From Calditrichia bacterium (GTDB taxonomy: Bacteria > Calditrichota > Calditrichia > JAJRVZ01): a DNA stretch of 64,000 bases. The stretch spans positions 224,001 through 288,000 of the forward strand of contig CAWCNS010000016.1 in the NCBI GenBank assembly GCA_963796965.1. The letters run 5' to 3'. The notes under the pieces were generated by a model that was given only the letters and a program-made list of their open reading frames with translations, was not told the origin of the DNA and ran no database searches. Position 1 is the first letter of the stretch, and every line of letters begins with the position of its first letter. Position numbers and translations under genes: made by a program. Positions 1 through 9,608 of the stretch are shown here, piece after piece.

Positions 1-2
1 AC

Positions 3-431
3 AAAATATTTGGTTTTACCTTTTATCTGATTATTGTTCTCGGTATAAGTTTATTTTATGCGATAGCCTGTAACACAAATTCAACGGAACCGGAAAAGGA
101 AATATCGCTACCGGATAGTAATCTGAATTATATCGAACATATCCAGCCGTTATTAATAACAAAATGTGGCAGTAGAAATGGTTGCCACGGTAGTTTCGAA
201 CCTGCTCGTGGTTTAGATCTGACAGATTACCAGCTTATGATTTCTCATATAGCTGCCGGGAACCAGCAGTTGATTATCCCAGGTAGTTCCGAGGTGAGTT
301 TTCTATACAATATTCTGCAAGGACAAGTTTTGAATGTTCCAAGAATGCCATTGTATGAACCCAAACTTGAAGCAAAGTATATTCAGGGTATCAAGCAATG
401 GATTGATGAGGGGGCAGAAGAATTTCCCTAA
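3..431 (+). CDS. 5'-truncated lipoprotein with planctomycete-type cytochrome c domain
   Basis: The frame of ORF 237..431 is open back to the window edge. It reads hydrophobic stretch + AIAC lipobox, YIEHIQPLLITKCGSRNGCH, then IIPGSSEVSFLY, RMP and IKQWIDEGA, typical of PSCyt1-like domains. Confidence 0.7.
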   Translation, partial: KIFGFTFYLIIVLGISLFYAIACNTNSTEPEKEISLPDSNLNYIEHIQPLLITKCGSRNGCHGSFEPARGLDLTDYQLMISHIAAGNQQLIIPGSSEVSFLYNILQGQVLNVPRMPLYEPKLEAKYIQGIKQWIDEGAEEFP

Positions 432-542
432 ATCAAAAATGTACAATTATTGCTCACTTTACCATTTTCTATTTTGATGATTATCATTAGGGGGTATTTG
501 TAAGGCCAATATTAACAATGATTTATGGAAATATATATTTTT

Positions 543-558
543 TGGCACCGTAATTGCA
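543..558 (+). promoter_or_regulatory. sigma-54 (RpoN) -24/-12 promoter
   Basis: TGGCAC-CGTAA-TTGCA, with GG at 544-545 and GC at 556-557: canonical spacing. Confidence 0.7.
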
Positions 559-568
559 TTATTTAAAA

Positions 569-635
569 GCGAGCACCTAAATTCCTCTTTTGTTCCTCAC
601 CAAAATGCCTCCTCCTGGAGGCATTTTTCTTTTTA
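569..635 (+). ncRNA. candidate sigma-54-dependent small RNA
   Basis: Lies between the sigma-54 promoter and a strong terminator, has no ORF, and is CU-rich (TTCCTC twice, CCTCCTCC). Confidence 0.45.
602..635 (+). terminator. Rho-independent terminator
   Basis: Perfect 11-bp stem AAAATGCCTCC-TCCT-GGAGGCATTTT followed by a T-rich tract. Confidence 0.8.
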
Positions 636-842
636 TCTCATTTATGTTTTGATGATAAATAGATTTTTTTGCTGTCTCTTGCTGCACATCGTTACCCGTA
701 CTCCGAAAAGATGAATTTGAAGTCTGTTTTTGATATGAATTTTTGTATTTTTTAAGTACTTTTAAACCTGTTCTGAATAGATCTAAATCCTAAATAAAGA
801 ACATCGAAATCTCATTTCATTCAGATAGTGTAGGAGAAATTT

Positions 843-1814
843 ATGCAATTCCACATACCAGATTCACTGGGTTTTACAAATGTACCTACTCCGATCGTCA
901 AACTTAATGCCCCGGGTGGATACAACCTGTGGCTAAAAAGAGATGACATGACAGGACTGGAGTTAAGTGGGAATAAGATACGAAAATTGGATTTTTTGGT
1001 TAATGAAGCAATTGAAGACAACGCTGATGGAATTATCACATGTGGTGGCTTACAATCGAACCACTGCCGTGCTGCAGCCTATTTATCTCAAAAATTGGGG
1101 CTCGAATGCATCTTGTATCTTCGTGGTGTCCCTGAGGATCTGGCGACGGGCAATCATTTTCTTAATCTCCTAACCAATGCTATCATACATTATGTTTCGG
1201 CGGAAGAATATCAGGAAATTGATGGCATGATGGAAATGGATTCGAGAAATCAAGCAAAAAGAGGTAAAAAGTTTTATGTTATCCCGGAAGGTGGATCCAA
1301 TGCAACAGGAGCCATGGGATATTGTCAGTGTTTTTATGAAATATTAGATCAGATAAAACACCAACAGCTGCCCGTGGAGGCCATAGCAGTTGCTACGGGG
1401 TCGGGAGGTACCCATGCCGGCCTTCTTGCCGGTAAATTTTTAAACAATAGTAAGATAGATATATTCTCAGTTAATGTTTGCGATGATGCATCATATTTCA
1501 GAAAAAAAATCATCTCGATTATTACAGATTTTGACAAAAAGTATAAGACGAATATTGTCCTTGAAGAAAAAGATATTCATATTATTGATGGATATGTTGG
1601 TGGCGGTTATGGTGAGATAGGCAAAGAAGAAGTCGATCTGATAAAAAGAATTATACGACAGGAGGGTATCATTCTTGATCCGGTATACACAGCAAAAGCT
1701 TATCTTGGTTTAGAACATCAAATGAAAATAAATAATTTAAAATATAGGAATATTCTGTTTATTCATACAGGGGGTGTTTTTGGACTATTTCCTTATGCAA
1801 AAAATTTTGCTTAA
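843..1814 (+). CDS. dcyD: D-cysteine desulfhydrase / ACC deaminase family PLP enzyme
   Basis: KRDD..SGNKIRK PLP-lysine motif, QSNH, PEGGSN, GSGGT, LDPVYT, HTGG. Confidence 0.88.
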   Translation: MQFHIPDSLGFTNVPTPIVKLNAPGGYNLWLKRDDMTGLELSGNKIRKLDFLVNEAIEDNADGIITCGGLQSNHCRAAAYLSQKLGLECILYLRGVPEDLATGNHFLNLLTNAIIHYVSAEEYQEIDGMMEMDSRNQAKRGKKFYVIPEGGSNATGAMGYCQCFYEILDQIKHQQLPVEAIAVATGSGGTHAGLLAGKFLNNSKIDIFSVNVCDDASYFRKKIISIITDFDKKYKTNIVLEEKDIHIIDGYVGGGYGEIGKEEVDLIKRIIRQEGIILDPVYTAKAYLGLEHQMKINNLKYRNILFIHTGGVFGLFPYAKNFA

Positions 1815-1908
1815 TTCGTTATTTGGAATTTATAACTTTGGTATATCACATTAGCTCACATGAATTAATCAGATTAGAATATGAATAGCAAAATTCCTGG
1901 TTATAAAA

Positions 1909-2682
1909 ATGACAGATGACTTAAAAGCAAGAACTAAATTTCGTTGGATGTGGGTGATTTATATTCCAATTGGGATGGTTTTACTCATCCCAGCCCTCTA
2001 CCTGTATATTCTCATCACGATGCCTGATGTGAGTGTACTAAAGAACTCAAATCCAGAAACAACAGCGCTTATTGAAGCACGAAAAATAACAGCGCAGGAG
2101 GAAGGAAAAAAGTATAAAGTCAGACAATACTGGGTCACCTTTGAACAAATTCCGGTTTTGCTAAAAAAGGCGGTACGTATTAGTGAAGATGCAGGTTTCT
2201 ATTTACACGATGGTATCGATGTTGAAGAGTTGGAAGAATCTATCAAAAAAAATTGGAAAGAAGGGCGTTTTGCCCGCGGTGGTAGTACGATTACCCAGCA
2301 ATTGGCAAAAAATATATATTTAAACACTGAAAAATCTATCTGGCGCAAAATTCGGGAGTTTTTCATTGCAAGAGAACTGGAAGATGTCCTATCTAAGAAC
2401 CGTATATTTCACTTATATTTAAATTTAATCGAGTTCGGACCTGGTATCTTTGGGGTGGAGGCCGCCTCCCGATATTATTTTCGAAAACCTGTATCATTGT
2501 TGTCAGAGGATGAGATGATTCGACTCGCATCTATAATACCACGACCTCTGATTTCACGGCCCGATAAGAATTCAAAGTGGTTATTATGGCGGTGTCGCTG
2601 GATAACGGGAAAACTTTATCTTTATAAATATATTGAAAAAACTGAGCATGATTATCTGCTTAATCTCTTTAGTCCTCAATGA
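1909..2682 (+). CDS. mtgA: monofunctional peptidoglycan transglycosylase (GT51)
   Basis: N-terminal TM helix, SEDAGFYLHDG, GGSTITQQLAKN, RKIRE, YLNLIEFG; no transpeptidase domain. Confidence 0.9.
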   Translation: MTDDLKARTKFRWMWVIYIPIGMVLLIPALYLYILITMPDVSVLKNSNPETTALIEARKITAQEEGKKYKVRQYWVTFEQIPVLLKKAVRISEDAGFYLHDGIDVEELEESIKKNWKEGRFARGGSTITQQLAKNIYLNTEKSIWRKIREFFIARELEDVLSKNRIFHLYLNLIEFGPGIFGVEAASRYYFRKPVSLLSEDEMIRLASIIPRPLISRPDKNSKWLLWRCRWITGKLYLYKYIEKTEHDYLLNLFSPQ

Positions 2683-4609
2683 CCTTTTTACCATATAATC
2701 TAACCACGCCAATACAAAGAATGATGCCGATTGGTAGCAATATCCAGGGACTTACCCCAAATCCAATGGGAAGATAGCCAACCAGAATACTAAGAAATCC
2801 CCCAAGCAGGGCATAGGGGATCTGTGTCCTAACGTGATCAATATGATCGGCGCCACTGGCCATAGAGGACATAATTGTTGTGTCGGATATGGGTGAACAG
2901 TGATCTCCAAACGTAGCGCCTGCAAGTACGGAAGCGATGGTGCTCAATAAAATCCCTTCTTGTTGTAGTAGTGATATTGCCGGGTCCGATTGGGGAACGA
3001 GGTGGGCAATAGGGATTATTATTGGCATTAGAATGGCCATTACACCCCATGATGTTCCAGTGGCAAAACTGATCAGGGCTGCAATAAGAAAAGACAAAAT
3101 GGGAATAAAGTAGGGCGATAAAAATCCCTCACTTATGTGAATGATATAATCAGCTGTGTTCAAATCCTGGCAAATATTACCGATTGACCAGGCCATGGTT
3201 AATATCAGAGCTGCCAGGACCATCGCTTTTACACCACCAACCCAAGCCAGAATTGATTTATCCAGGGACATTAATTTTTGACTCATTGCCAATATGATTG
3301 CTGTAATACTGCCAAAAAGCGAGGCCCACATCAGAACCGAATAAGAATCAGACGCGCCAATAACCAAACTTACATATTGAACAAACCCCAATGATTCTAA
3401 ATTTACCCCTTCCCCTGTTAACGAAGAATATCCTGTGAACCATAAACCCAATAAGGTTGTTATCATGACAACAACGATAGGGATAAAACCATTATACCAT
3501 CTCTTATCCGTTTCCTCGTCAACAACAATTTCACTGCTGTCAAGACTAGATACAGGTGTTGCATTGGGTGCAAGGACCTGACCTGTTTGGTAACTTCGAC
3601 GTTCCGCTCTAAGCATCGGTCCAAAATCACGGCCGGTGATTGCAATTGAGATTCCAATTACCAGGGCAAAAATGGGATAAAAATTGTAGGGTATCGTCTG
3701 GAAAAACACAAGATAGGGATTGTCTGTAATTCCAAGAGATTCAAATGAATTCCCGATTAAACCAATTTCAAACCCTATCCAGGTGGATATTATCGCGATG
3801 TTCGCCACGGGAGCAGCAGTAGAATCTACAAGATAAGAAAGTTTTTCACGACTGATCCGAAGTTTATCTGTGAGAGGACGCATCGTATTTCCAACAATTA
3901 GGGTATTCGCGTAATCATCAAAAAATATAAATATGCCCATGAGCCAGGTAACGACCTGACCACGTCGGGGTGTTGAGGCCTTTAATGCTAATTTCTCAAC
4001 GATTCCCTGCATGCCACCCATTTTTGAGATGACCCCAACCATCCCACCAAGCGTAAGACTAAAAACGATAATGGCCATTTTATCCGGATCAGCTGCTGCC
4101 ACACCGATATAATCTGTTAAGGCATATAAAAGTCCTGCAAAGGGATTATAATCATAAATGAGGGCGGCTCCGAGCCAAATACCTAAAAATAGTGCAACCA
4201 ATACCTGCCTTGCAATCAGCGCCAATACGATAGCAAACAAAGCGGGAAGAATACTCGTCCAACCTGGAATAACCCTGAGGTCGGATTGCCAGTTTATACC
4301 CTCGAACTTTATGGTTCTCCATCCACTCTCAGGAAATACTGCTGTAGGAATCACACTCGTACCTGCATGAAAATCCAATGTGGATAATTTGTCAATCTGT
4401 CCATTCTGAATATGCGATAGACCCCTTACCTGCAAAGTGGTATCAATAGTAACTCTCTCTGCATTTTGATCTATAAGTGAAAGTTGTATCTCTACTGGGA
4501 TGTTAGCCAGAATTACTTTTGGTGATTGTAATTTTAGTGAAAGTTCCTCTCCAAAGAGCGGGAGAACAAAGATACATGTCGTCATTAGGGTAATAAAAAT
4601 AAGTTTCAT
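2669..4609 (-). CDS. Na+/H+ antiporter NhaC-family transporter with N-terminal exported domain
   Basis: FFDDYAN, SREKLSYLVDSTAAP, SFATGTSWG, GDHCSPISDTT motifs and many TM helices. Confidence 0.85.
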   Translation of the reverse strand: MKLIFITLMTTCIFVLPLFGEELSLKLQSPKVILANIPVEIQLSLIDQNAERVTIDTTLQVRGLSHIQNGQIDKLSTLDFHAGTSVIPTAVFPESGWRTIKFEGINWQSDLRVIPGWTSILPALFAIVLALIARQVLVALFLGIWLGAALIYDYNPFAGLLYALTDYIGVAAADPDKMAIIVFSLTLGGMVGVISKMGGMQGIVEKLALKASTPRRGQVVTWLMGIFIFFDDYANTLIVGNTMRPLTDKLRISREKLSYLVDSTAAPVANIAIISTWIGFEIGLIGNSFESLGITDNPYLVFFQTIPYNFYPIFALVIGISIAITGRDFGPMLRAERRSYQTGQVLAPNATPVSSLDSSEIVVDEETDKRWYNGFIPIVVVMITTLLGLWFTGYSSLTGEGVNLESLGFVQYVSLVIGASDSYSVLMWASLFGSITAIILAMSQKLMSLDKSILAWVGGVKAMVLAALILTMAWSIGNICQDLNTADYIIHISEGFLSPYFIPILSFLIAALISFATGTSWGVMAILMPIIIPIAHLVPQSDPAISLLQQEGILLSTIASVLAGATFGDHCSPISDTTIMSSMASGADHIDHVRTQIPYALLGGFLSILVGYLPIGFGVSPWILLPIGIILCIGVVRLYGKKVIED

Positions 4610-4668
4610 GGATACCTTTCTTATAGATCGATAAAAAAGGTAGTTTATGTGGGAATTAAAGTAAAGAA

Positions 4669-4695
4669 TAAATTGTCATTTAAAATGACAATTTA
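4669..4695. promoter_or_regulatory. perfect palindrome, candidate operator
   Basis: TAAATTGTCATTT-A-AAATGACAATTTA in the divergent intergenic region. Confidence 0.45.
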
Positions 4696-5000
4696 CAGTC
4701 CCTTCACGGTGGTATTTCGGTAATTTAAATGTTTTTTTCAAAGTCTCTAAATTGGTTCTCTTTAGTTGTCTTGGTGGTTAGCCCGTTTTCAATATAAATC
4801 ATGTCTATAGAATTATAAAAATTGGTACTTACAGGGGAACCTTTAATTGATTATCAGAGTAAGGAATAAAAAAGGTCATGTCTGAATTTTTATAGTTAAA
4901 TGGACGATAGAAATTTTGATACAACTAAACAAAAAACAAATAATTATCGATCCTTGATTTGAAAATGCAATATATTTAAATTGAAATTTTGGGAGTTGTT

Positions 5001-6287
5001 ATGAGAAGAATAATTATACTACTGTTTCTCTTACTTATTATTTCGAGTCTTTTTGCGCAGATGCAAGGCAAGAGACCCACACCTTATGGTTTTGATGTTA
5101 ATGTAAAGCCACCAATTTATTATGATCTTTATTTTTCCATTAATCCGGAGAATCTTCAACCTCAGATCAATTTTATGTTAAATATTCAATACGATCTATT
5201 ATTCTTCACCCGGACTGACAGTGGCTACACCAGTGGTTATAATATTTCATTATTTATTAAAAATATCGAAACTGAGGAGATCGTTTACTCTCATCTTTGG
5301 AAGGAGAAGGTTCACGAGGAAAACTTTAAGATCACAAACTCACGAACTCATTATCATCTAAATTCTAAAATATTTCCTGCTGATTTTTCTCAAGGAAAAT
5401 ATGTGTTAACTTTGGAATTGACTGATGAAACATCACGAGACGGATTTAAAAGTAAAAGAGCGCTTGAAATTCCAGACTTGAACGCAGATAGTTTTACTTC
5501 GCAGATAGTGTTTATTACAAAAGATAAAAGTCGTTCAGCAGAAATTGTGGTTGGTGAGAATCAAACAACTCTTGAATTTAACGAAGATATTTATCCATAC
5601 TTTGAAACCATTCTTCCAGATCCCGGTCGTGCAACCTTAACTTCAGAATTATTTCGTGTTGAAGAAGAAGAGAAATCATTAATCAAGAGCGAACAGTATG
5701 ATTTAGATTTTAAGGGAAATCACGCGCGTCATTCAGAGGTTATTAAAAGGAAAAACCTTCAAGAGGGCGATTACCTCCTAAAGTATCAATTAAAAGCTGG
5801 TGATTTTTCAAAAGTAATAGAAAAAAAGTTTATTGTTGTCTGGTACAGAAAACCAATTTTTCTCTATGACCGGGAGATGGCTCTTTTACCCATGCGATAT
5901 ATACTACCTGAGGATGAGTGGCAAAAAGTTGGCGATTATTCGGATGATGAGCAGGATGAGTGGTTTAAGAAATTTTGGGAGGACAAAGATCCTGATCCGG
6001 AAACACCATTAAATGAGGTACAAATTGAATTTTATCACCGTGTTTCCTCTGCGAATAAAAAATTCCGTGCCGAAGACTATGAAGGTTGGGATACGGATAG
6101 AGGCAAATCCCTCATACTTTATGGTGAACCGGACAGGGTGGATTCGCAGCATTATCTGGATAATTCGCAACCTTATGAAATTTGGTATTATGAATCAAAG
6201 AACAAAAAATTGATCTTTGTCGATGCAGATGAAGATAAATCGTTTCGTCTTGTAAGTGTCGAGGAAATTGGAGAAAAAAATGAATAA
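5001..6287 (+). CDS. GWxTD domain-containing exported protein
   Basis: Signal peptide; FWEDKDPDPETPLNE, GWDTDRG, YGEPD, YEIWYY. ATG at 5001 follows GGGAG. Confidence 0.85.
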   Translation: MRRIIILLFLLLIISSLFAQMQGKRPTPYGFDVNVKPPIYYDLYFSINPENLQPQINFMLNIQYDLLFFTRTDSGYTSGYNISLFIKNIETEEIVYSHLWKEKVHEENFKITNSRTHYHLNSKIFPADFSQGKYVLTLELTDETSRDGFKSKRALEIPDLNADSFTSQIVFITKDKSRSAEIVVGENQTTLEFNEDIYPYFETILPDPGRATLTSELFRVEEEEKSLIKSEQYDLDFKGNHARHSEVIKRKNLQEGDYLLKYQLKAGDFSKVIEKKFIVVWYRKPIFLYDREMALLPMRYILPEDEWQKVGDYSDDEQDEWFKKFWEDKDPDPETPLNEVQIEFYHRVSSANKKFRAEDYEGWDTDRGKSLILYGEPDRVDSQHYLDNSQPYEIWYYESKNKKLIFVDADEDKSFRLVSVEEIGEKNE

Positions 6288-7300
6288 AACGTCTGTTGGC
6301 GTTATTGGAGTTGGTCATCTTGGTAAAATCCATGCAAAACTCTATCAGCAGGTAGAACCGGCGCATTTGGAAGGTATTTACGATACCGATCATGATAAAG
6401 CTGATAAAATTGCAGGTGAGTTAAATATTAAGGCTTATAACGATTGTGATGAGCTCCTGGAAAAAGTAGAAGCTGTAAATATCGTTACACCAACCTCGAC
6501 TCATTTTGAAATGGCCGAACGTGCTCTGGAAAAAGATTGTCATCTTTTTATAGAGAAGCCGATAATGGCTACAGAAGAAGAGGCCAATAAAATTATTCTA
6601 AAAGCAAAGGAAAAGAATAAAATTATTCAAGTTGGCCATATTGAAAGATTTAATCCGGCAGTATTGGCCATGTCCGATGTACCAATGAATCCGGTATTCA
6701 TTGAATCTCATCGTCTTGCCTCCTTTAATCCGCGGGGAACGGATGTCGCCGTTATTCTTGATCTGATGATCCACGATTTGGATTTAATATTGTCATTGGT
6801 CAAAAGTAAACCCGTACAGATCGATGCGAGTGGTGTGGGTGTGATCTCAAATACAATCGATATTGCAAATGCAAGGATTCAGTTCGAATCTGGATGCGTC
6901 GCAAATGTAACCGCAAGTAGGATCTCGACCAAAAAAATGCGTAAAATGAGAATATTTCAAAATAATGGATATATCTCGGTTGATTTTATCGAAGGATTTT
7001 CTGAGATCTATTATATAGATGATAAAAATGTATCACAGTTTAAGGATGGAACCCTGGCGTTTTCGCTTGGCCAGATCGAATGCAGGAGACAACCGTAAAG
7101 ATATAAAATACAATAAGTTACAACGATCTGATGTTAATCCGTTAAAGTATGAGTTATCTGGATTTATCGAGAGTATTCAGACAGGTGTTTCTCCCCTGGT
7201 CAGTGGGGAAGATGGTTTTGCTGCTTTGCAATTAGCGAATAAAGTTCTTGAAAAAATTGCCGAGCATACCCGTATAGTTAAGAGGGAGAAAGCTAATTGA
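6280..7300 (+). CDS. Gfo/Idh/MocA oxidoreductase, GnnA-like (frameshift near 7080)
   Basis: GVGHLG Rossmann motif, IEKP, GHIERFNPA, LDLMIHDLD. The C-terminus continues in ORF 7019..7300. Confidence 0.8.
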
Positions 7301-7871
7301 CCTTTGGAAAATTTCTTTTTGAATATCGTGGGTATGCACCTATTCCATTCTATATTCTTGCCGTAATTTTTGCAAATCCTCGTGAAGACCTAATTGTCTT
7401 AGGCTTGATATTAATGGCAATTGGAGAATTATTACGTTTTATTGCTTCAAGTTATTTAGGGATTTCTTCACGCTCCACCCTCCTTGAGTCAAAAGAATTG
7501 GTGACAAACGGTCCCTTTGCCTATGTTCGTAATCCAATCTATTTTGGAAATCTATTACTTTATATGGGCGCAAGCATTTTATCAGGCGCATATTTACCTT
7601 ATTTGCTGTATCTGACGATCATTTTTTTTGCTATATTTTATGCATTTATAGTTAAATATGAAGAGTCGTTTCTCGGGGACACTTTTGCAGCAAATACGAA
7701 TCCTATTTGATCAATGTACCAAGGTTTTTTCCACGCCTTTCTGCTTACCCTGAAGGGGGAAGCACTAAACCAAATTTTTCTGAAGGTCTAAATGCCGAAA
7801 AATCGACACTTATGACCATCATTAGTTTTATTGTGTTCGTCTTGATAAGTTGGTATATCAAAAGTTTATAG
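7297..7871 (+). CDS. isoprenylcysteine carboxyl methyltransferase family membrane protein (frameshift near 7690)
   Basis: LVTNGPFAYVRNPIYFG and YEESFL; the other frame continues KYESYLINVPRFFPRL...WYIKSL to TAG at 7871. Confidence 0.8.
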
Positions 7872-7884
7872 AAAGACAGAATAA

Positions 7885-9291
7885 ATGAATCATATTCCTC
7901 TAAATCTAGATAACATTGCAGAACAGGTCGTCGGAATCGATCATCAGGTTCCTCTCCTGAGTGGCGAGAAAAAACGCTATATCTATTTTGACAATTCTGC
8001 AAGTACACCAACCTTGAAGCCGGTTCTTGAATCGCTGAATTTATTTATGGAGTGGTATTCCAATATTCACAGAGGAACTGGTTTTAAGTCACTTATTAGC
8101 ACACATTATTTTGAACAAGCGAGAGAAATTGTTGCACAGTTCTTTAACCTTGATCCAAAAGATCATCTGGTCATTTTTGGGAAGAATGGGACTGAGGCAA
8201 TTAATAAATTAGCGCATCGTGTACCATTACCTGAAGACTGTGTGATTTTGCTTACCAAAATGGAACACCATTCCAATGATCTGCCATGGCGCTTCCGTCG
8301 CCCGGTCATTCATGTAGATGTAGATAATCAGGGAAGATTGGATTGGCAGGATTTTGAATCAAAACTGAATGAGCAAAAAGGAAAAATCGGGTTGATTGCT
8401 GTAACAGGCGCTTCTAATGTTACCGGGTATATAAACGATATTTATCGGATAGCCGAAATGGCACATCAAAACAATGCAAAAATCATGGTTGATGCTGCGC
8501 AATTAGCGCCTCACCGTTTTATTGATATTAAAGCGCCCGGACATCCGCAACATATTGATTTTTTGGCCTTCTCAGCTCATAAAATTTATGCACCCTTTGG
8601 ACTTGGTGTATTGATTACTGACAGAGAGATGTTTAAGGAAGGTGATCCTGATATTGTTGGGGGAGGGACGGTTGACCTGGTGTCTGAAGATTATGCTTAT
8701 TGGACGGATGCTCCGGAAAAAGAAGAAGCGGGTACTCCAAACGTAGCGGGAGCGATCGCACTTGCTAAGGCTCTTAAAATCATCCAGGAAATTGGCATGG
8801 ATAATATTGCCAAACATGAAGCGGATCTCACCCGTTATGCCCTACATAAATTAAAACAAATCCCAGGATTGATTTTTTATGGTGCATTACGTGAAGATGA
8901 GGTTCATAAACGACTTGGTGTCATTTCTTTCAATGTTAAAGATATGCCCCATGCCAAGGTTGGGGCAATTTTAAATTATGAGGGTGGGATCGGTGTCAGA
9001 AATGGATGTTTTTGTGCACACCCCTATATAAAATGTCTCCTCGGTGTGACAGTTGAAGAAACAAAAATCCTGGAAGAAAAGATTCTGAGCCATGACAGAA
9101 GCACTATTCCGGGGGCTGTCCGTGTTAGTTTTGGTATGTATAATACGGAAGAAGAGGTTGATAGCCTTGTGGAAGTTGTTAAGATGATTTCAGAAGGAAA
9201 GTATAAAGGGAATTATTTGTTAAATTCAGAGACCGGCGAATATTTTCCTGAGGGATTTGAGATTGATTATTCTGAATATTATCAGATTTAA
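7885..9291 (+). CDS. class V PLP aminotransferase (cysteine desulfurase / selenocysteine lyase, SufS-like)
   Basis: YFDNSAST, EHHSN, DAAQ, SAHK, EAGTPN, RNGCFCA. Confidence 0.85.
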   Translation: MNHIPLNLDNIAEQVVGIDHQVPLLSGEKKRYIYFDNSASTPTLKPVLESLNLFMEWYSNIHRGTGFKSLISTHYFEQAREIVAQFFNLDPKDHLVIFGKNGTEAINKLAHRVPLPEDCVILLTKMEHHSNDLPWRFRRPVIHVDVDNQGRLDWQDFESKLNEQKGKIGLIAVTGASNVTGYINDIYRIAEMAHQNNAKIMVDAAQLAPHRFIDIKAPGHPQHIDFLAFSAHKIYAPFGLGVLITDREMFKEGDPDIVGGGTVDLVSEDYAYWTDAPEKEEAGTPNVAGAIALAKALKIIQEIGMDNIAKHEADLTRYALHKLKQIPGLIFYGALREDEVHKRLGVISFNVKDMPHAKVGAILNYEGGIGVRNGCFCAHPYIKCLLGVTVEETKILEEKILSHDRSTIPGAVRVSFGMYNTEEEVDSLVEVVKMISEGKYKGNYLLNSETGEYFPEGFEIDYSEYYQI

Positions 9292-9370
9292 TAAATAGAT
9301 GCTTCATTGTTCATTAGGATTTCCTTTATAGATCAGTTATCAAGGATTTTTAGCTTGATCTATTGATAAT

Positions 9371-9537
9371 TGCTCACACAAAGACGCTGAGTCCCAGAGA
9401 AAACTAATACAAAATAAAGGCTAAAAAATATAAAATAGAATTAAATTCTTTCACAATACCATGTGTGAAATGTTTTTATATTTTATATTTTATATCTTAT
9501 ATTTTTTATTTGCGCACTTTACGTTTCTGCGAGAAAT
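9371..9537. repeat. intergenic inverted-repeat element (CACGCAAAGACGC family)
   Basis: Left arm TGCTCACACAAAGACGCTGAG and right arm TTTGCGCACTTTACGTTTCTGCGAGAAAT resemble the arms at 58804-58966. Confidence 0.55.
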
Positions 9538-9608
9538 GAATCATTTGGGTTCGTTCATTCTACAATAATTATAGTTACCTTTTATTATGTCCTATAAATA
9601 ACTCATTC

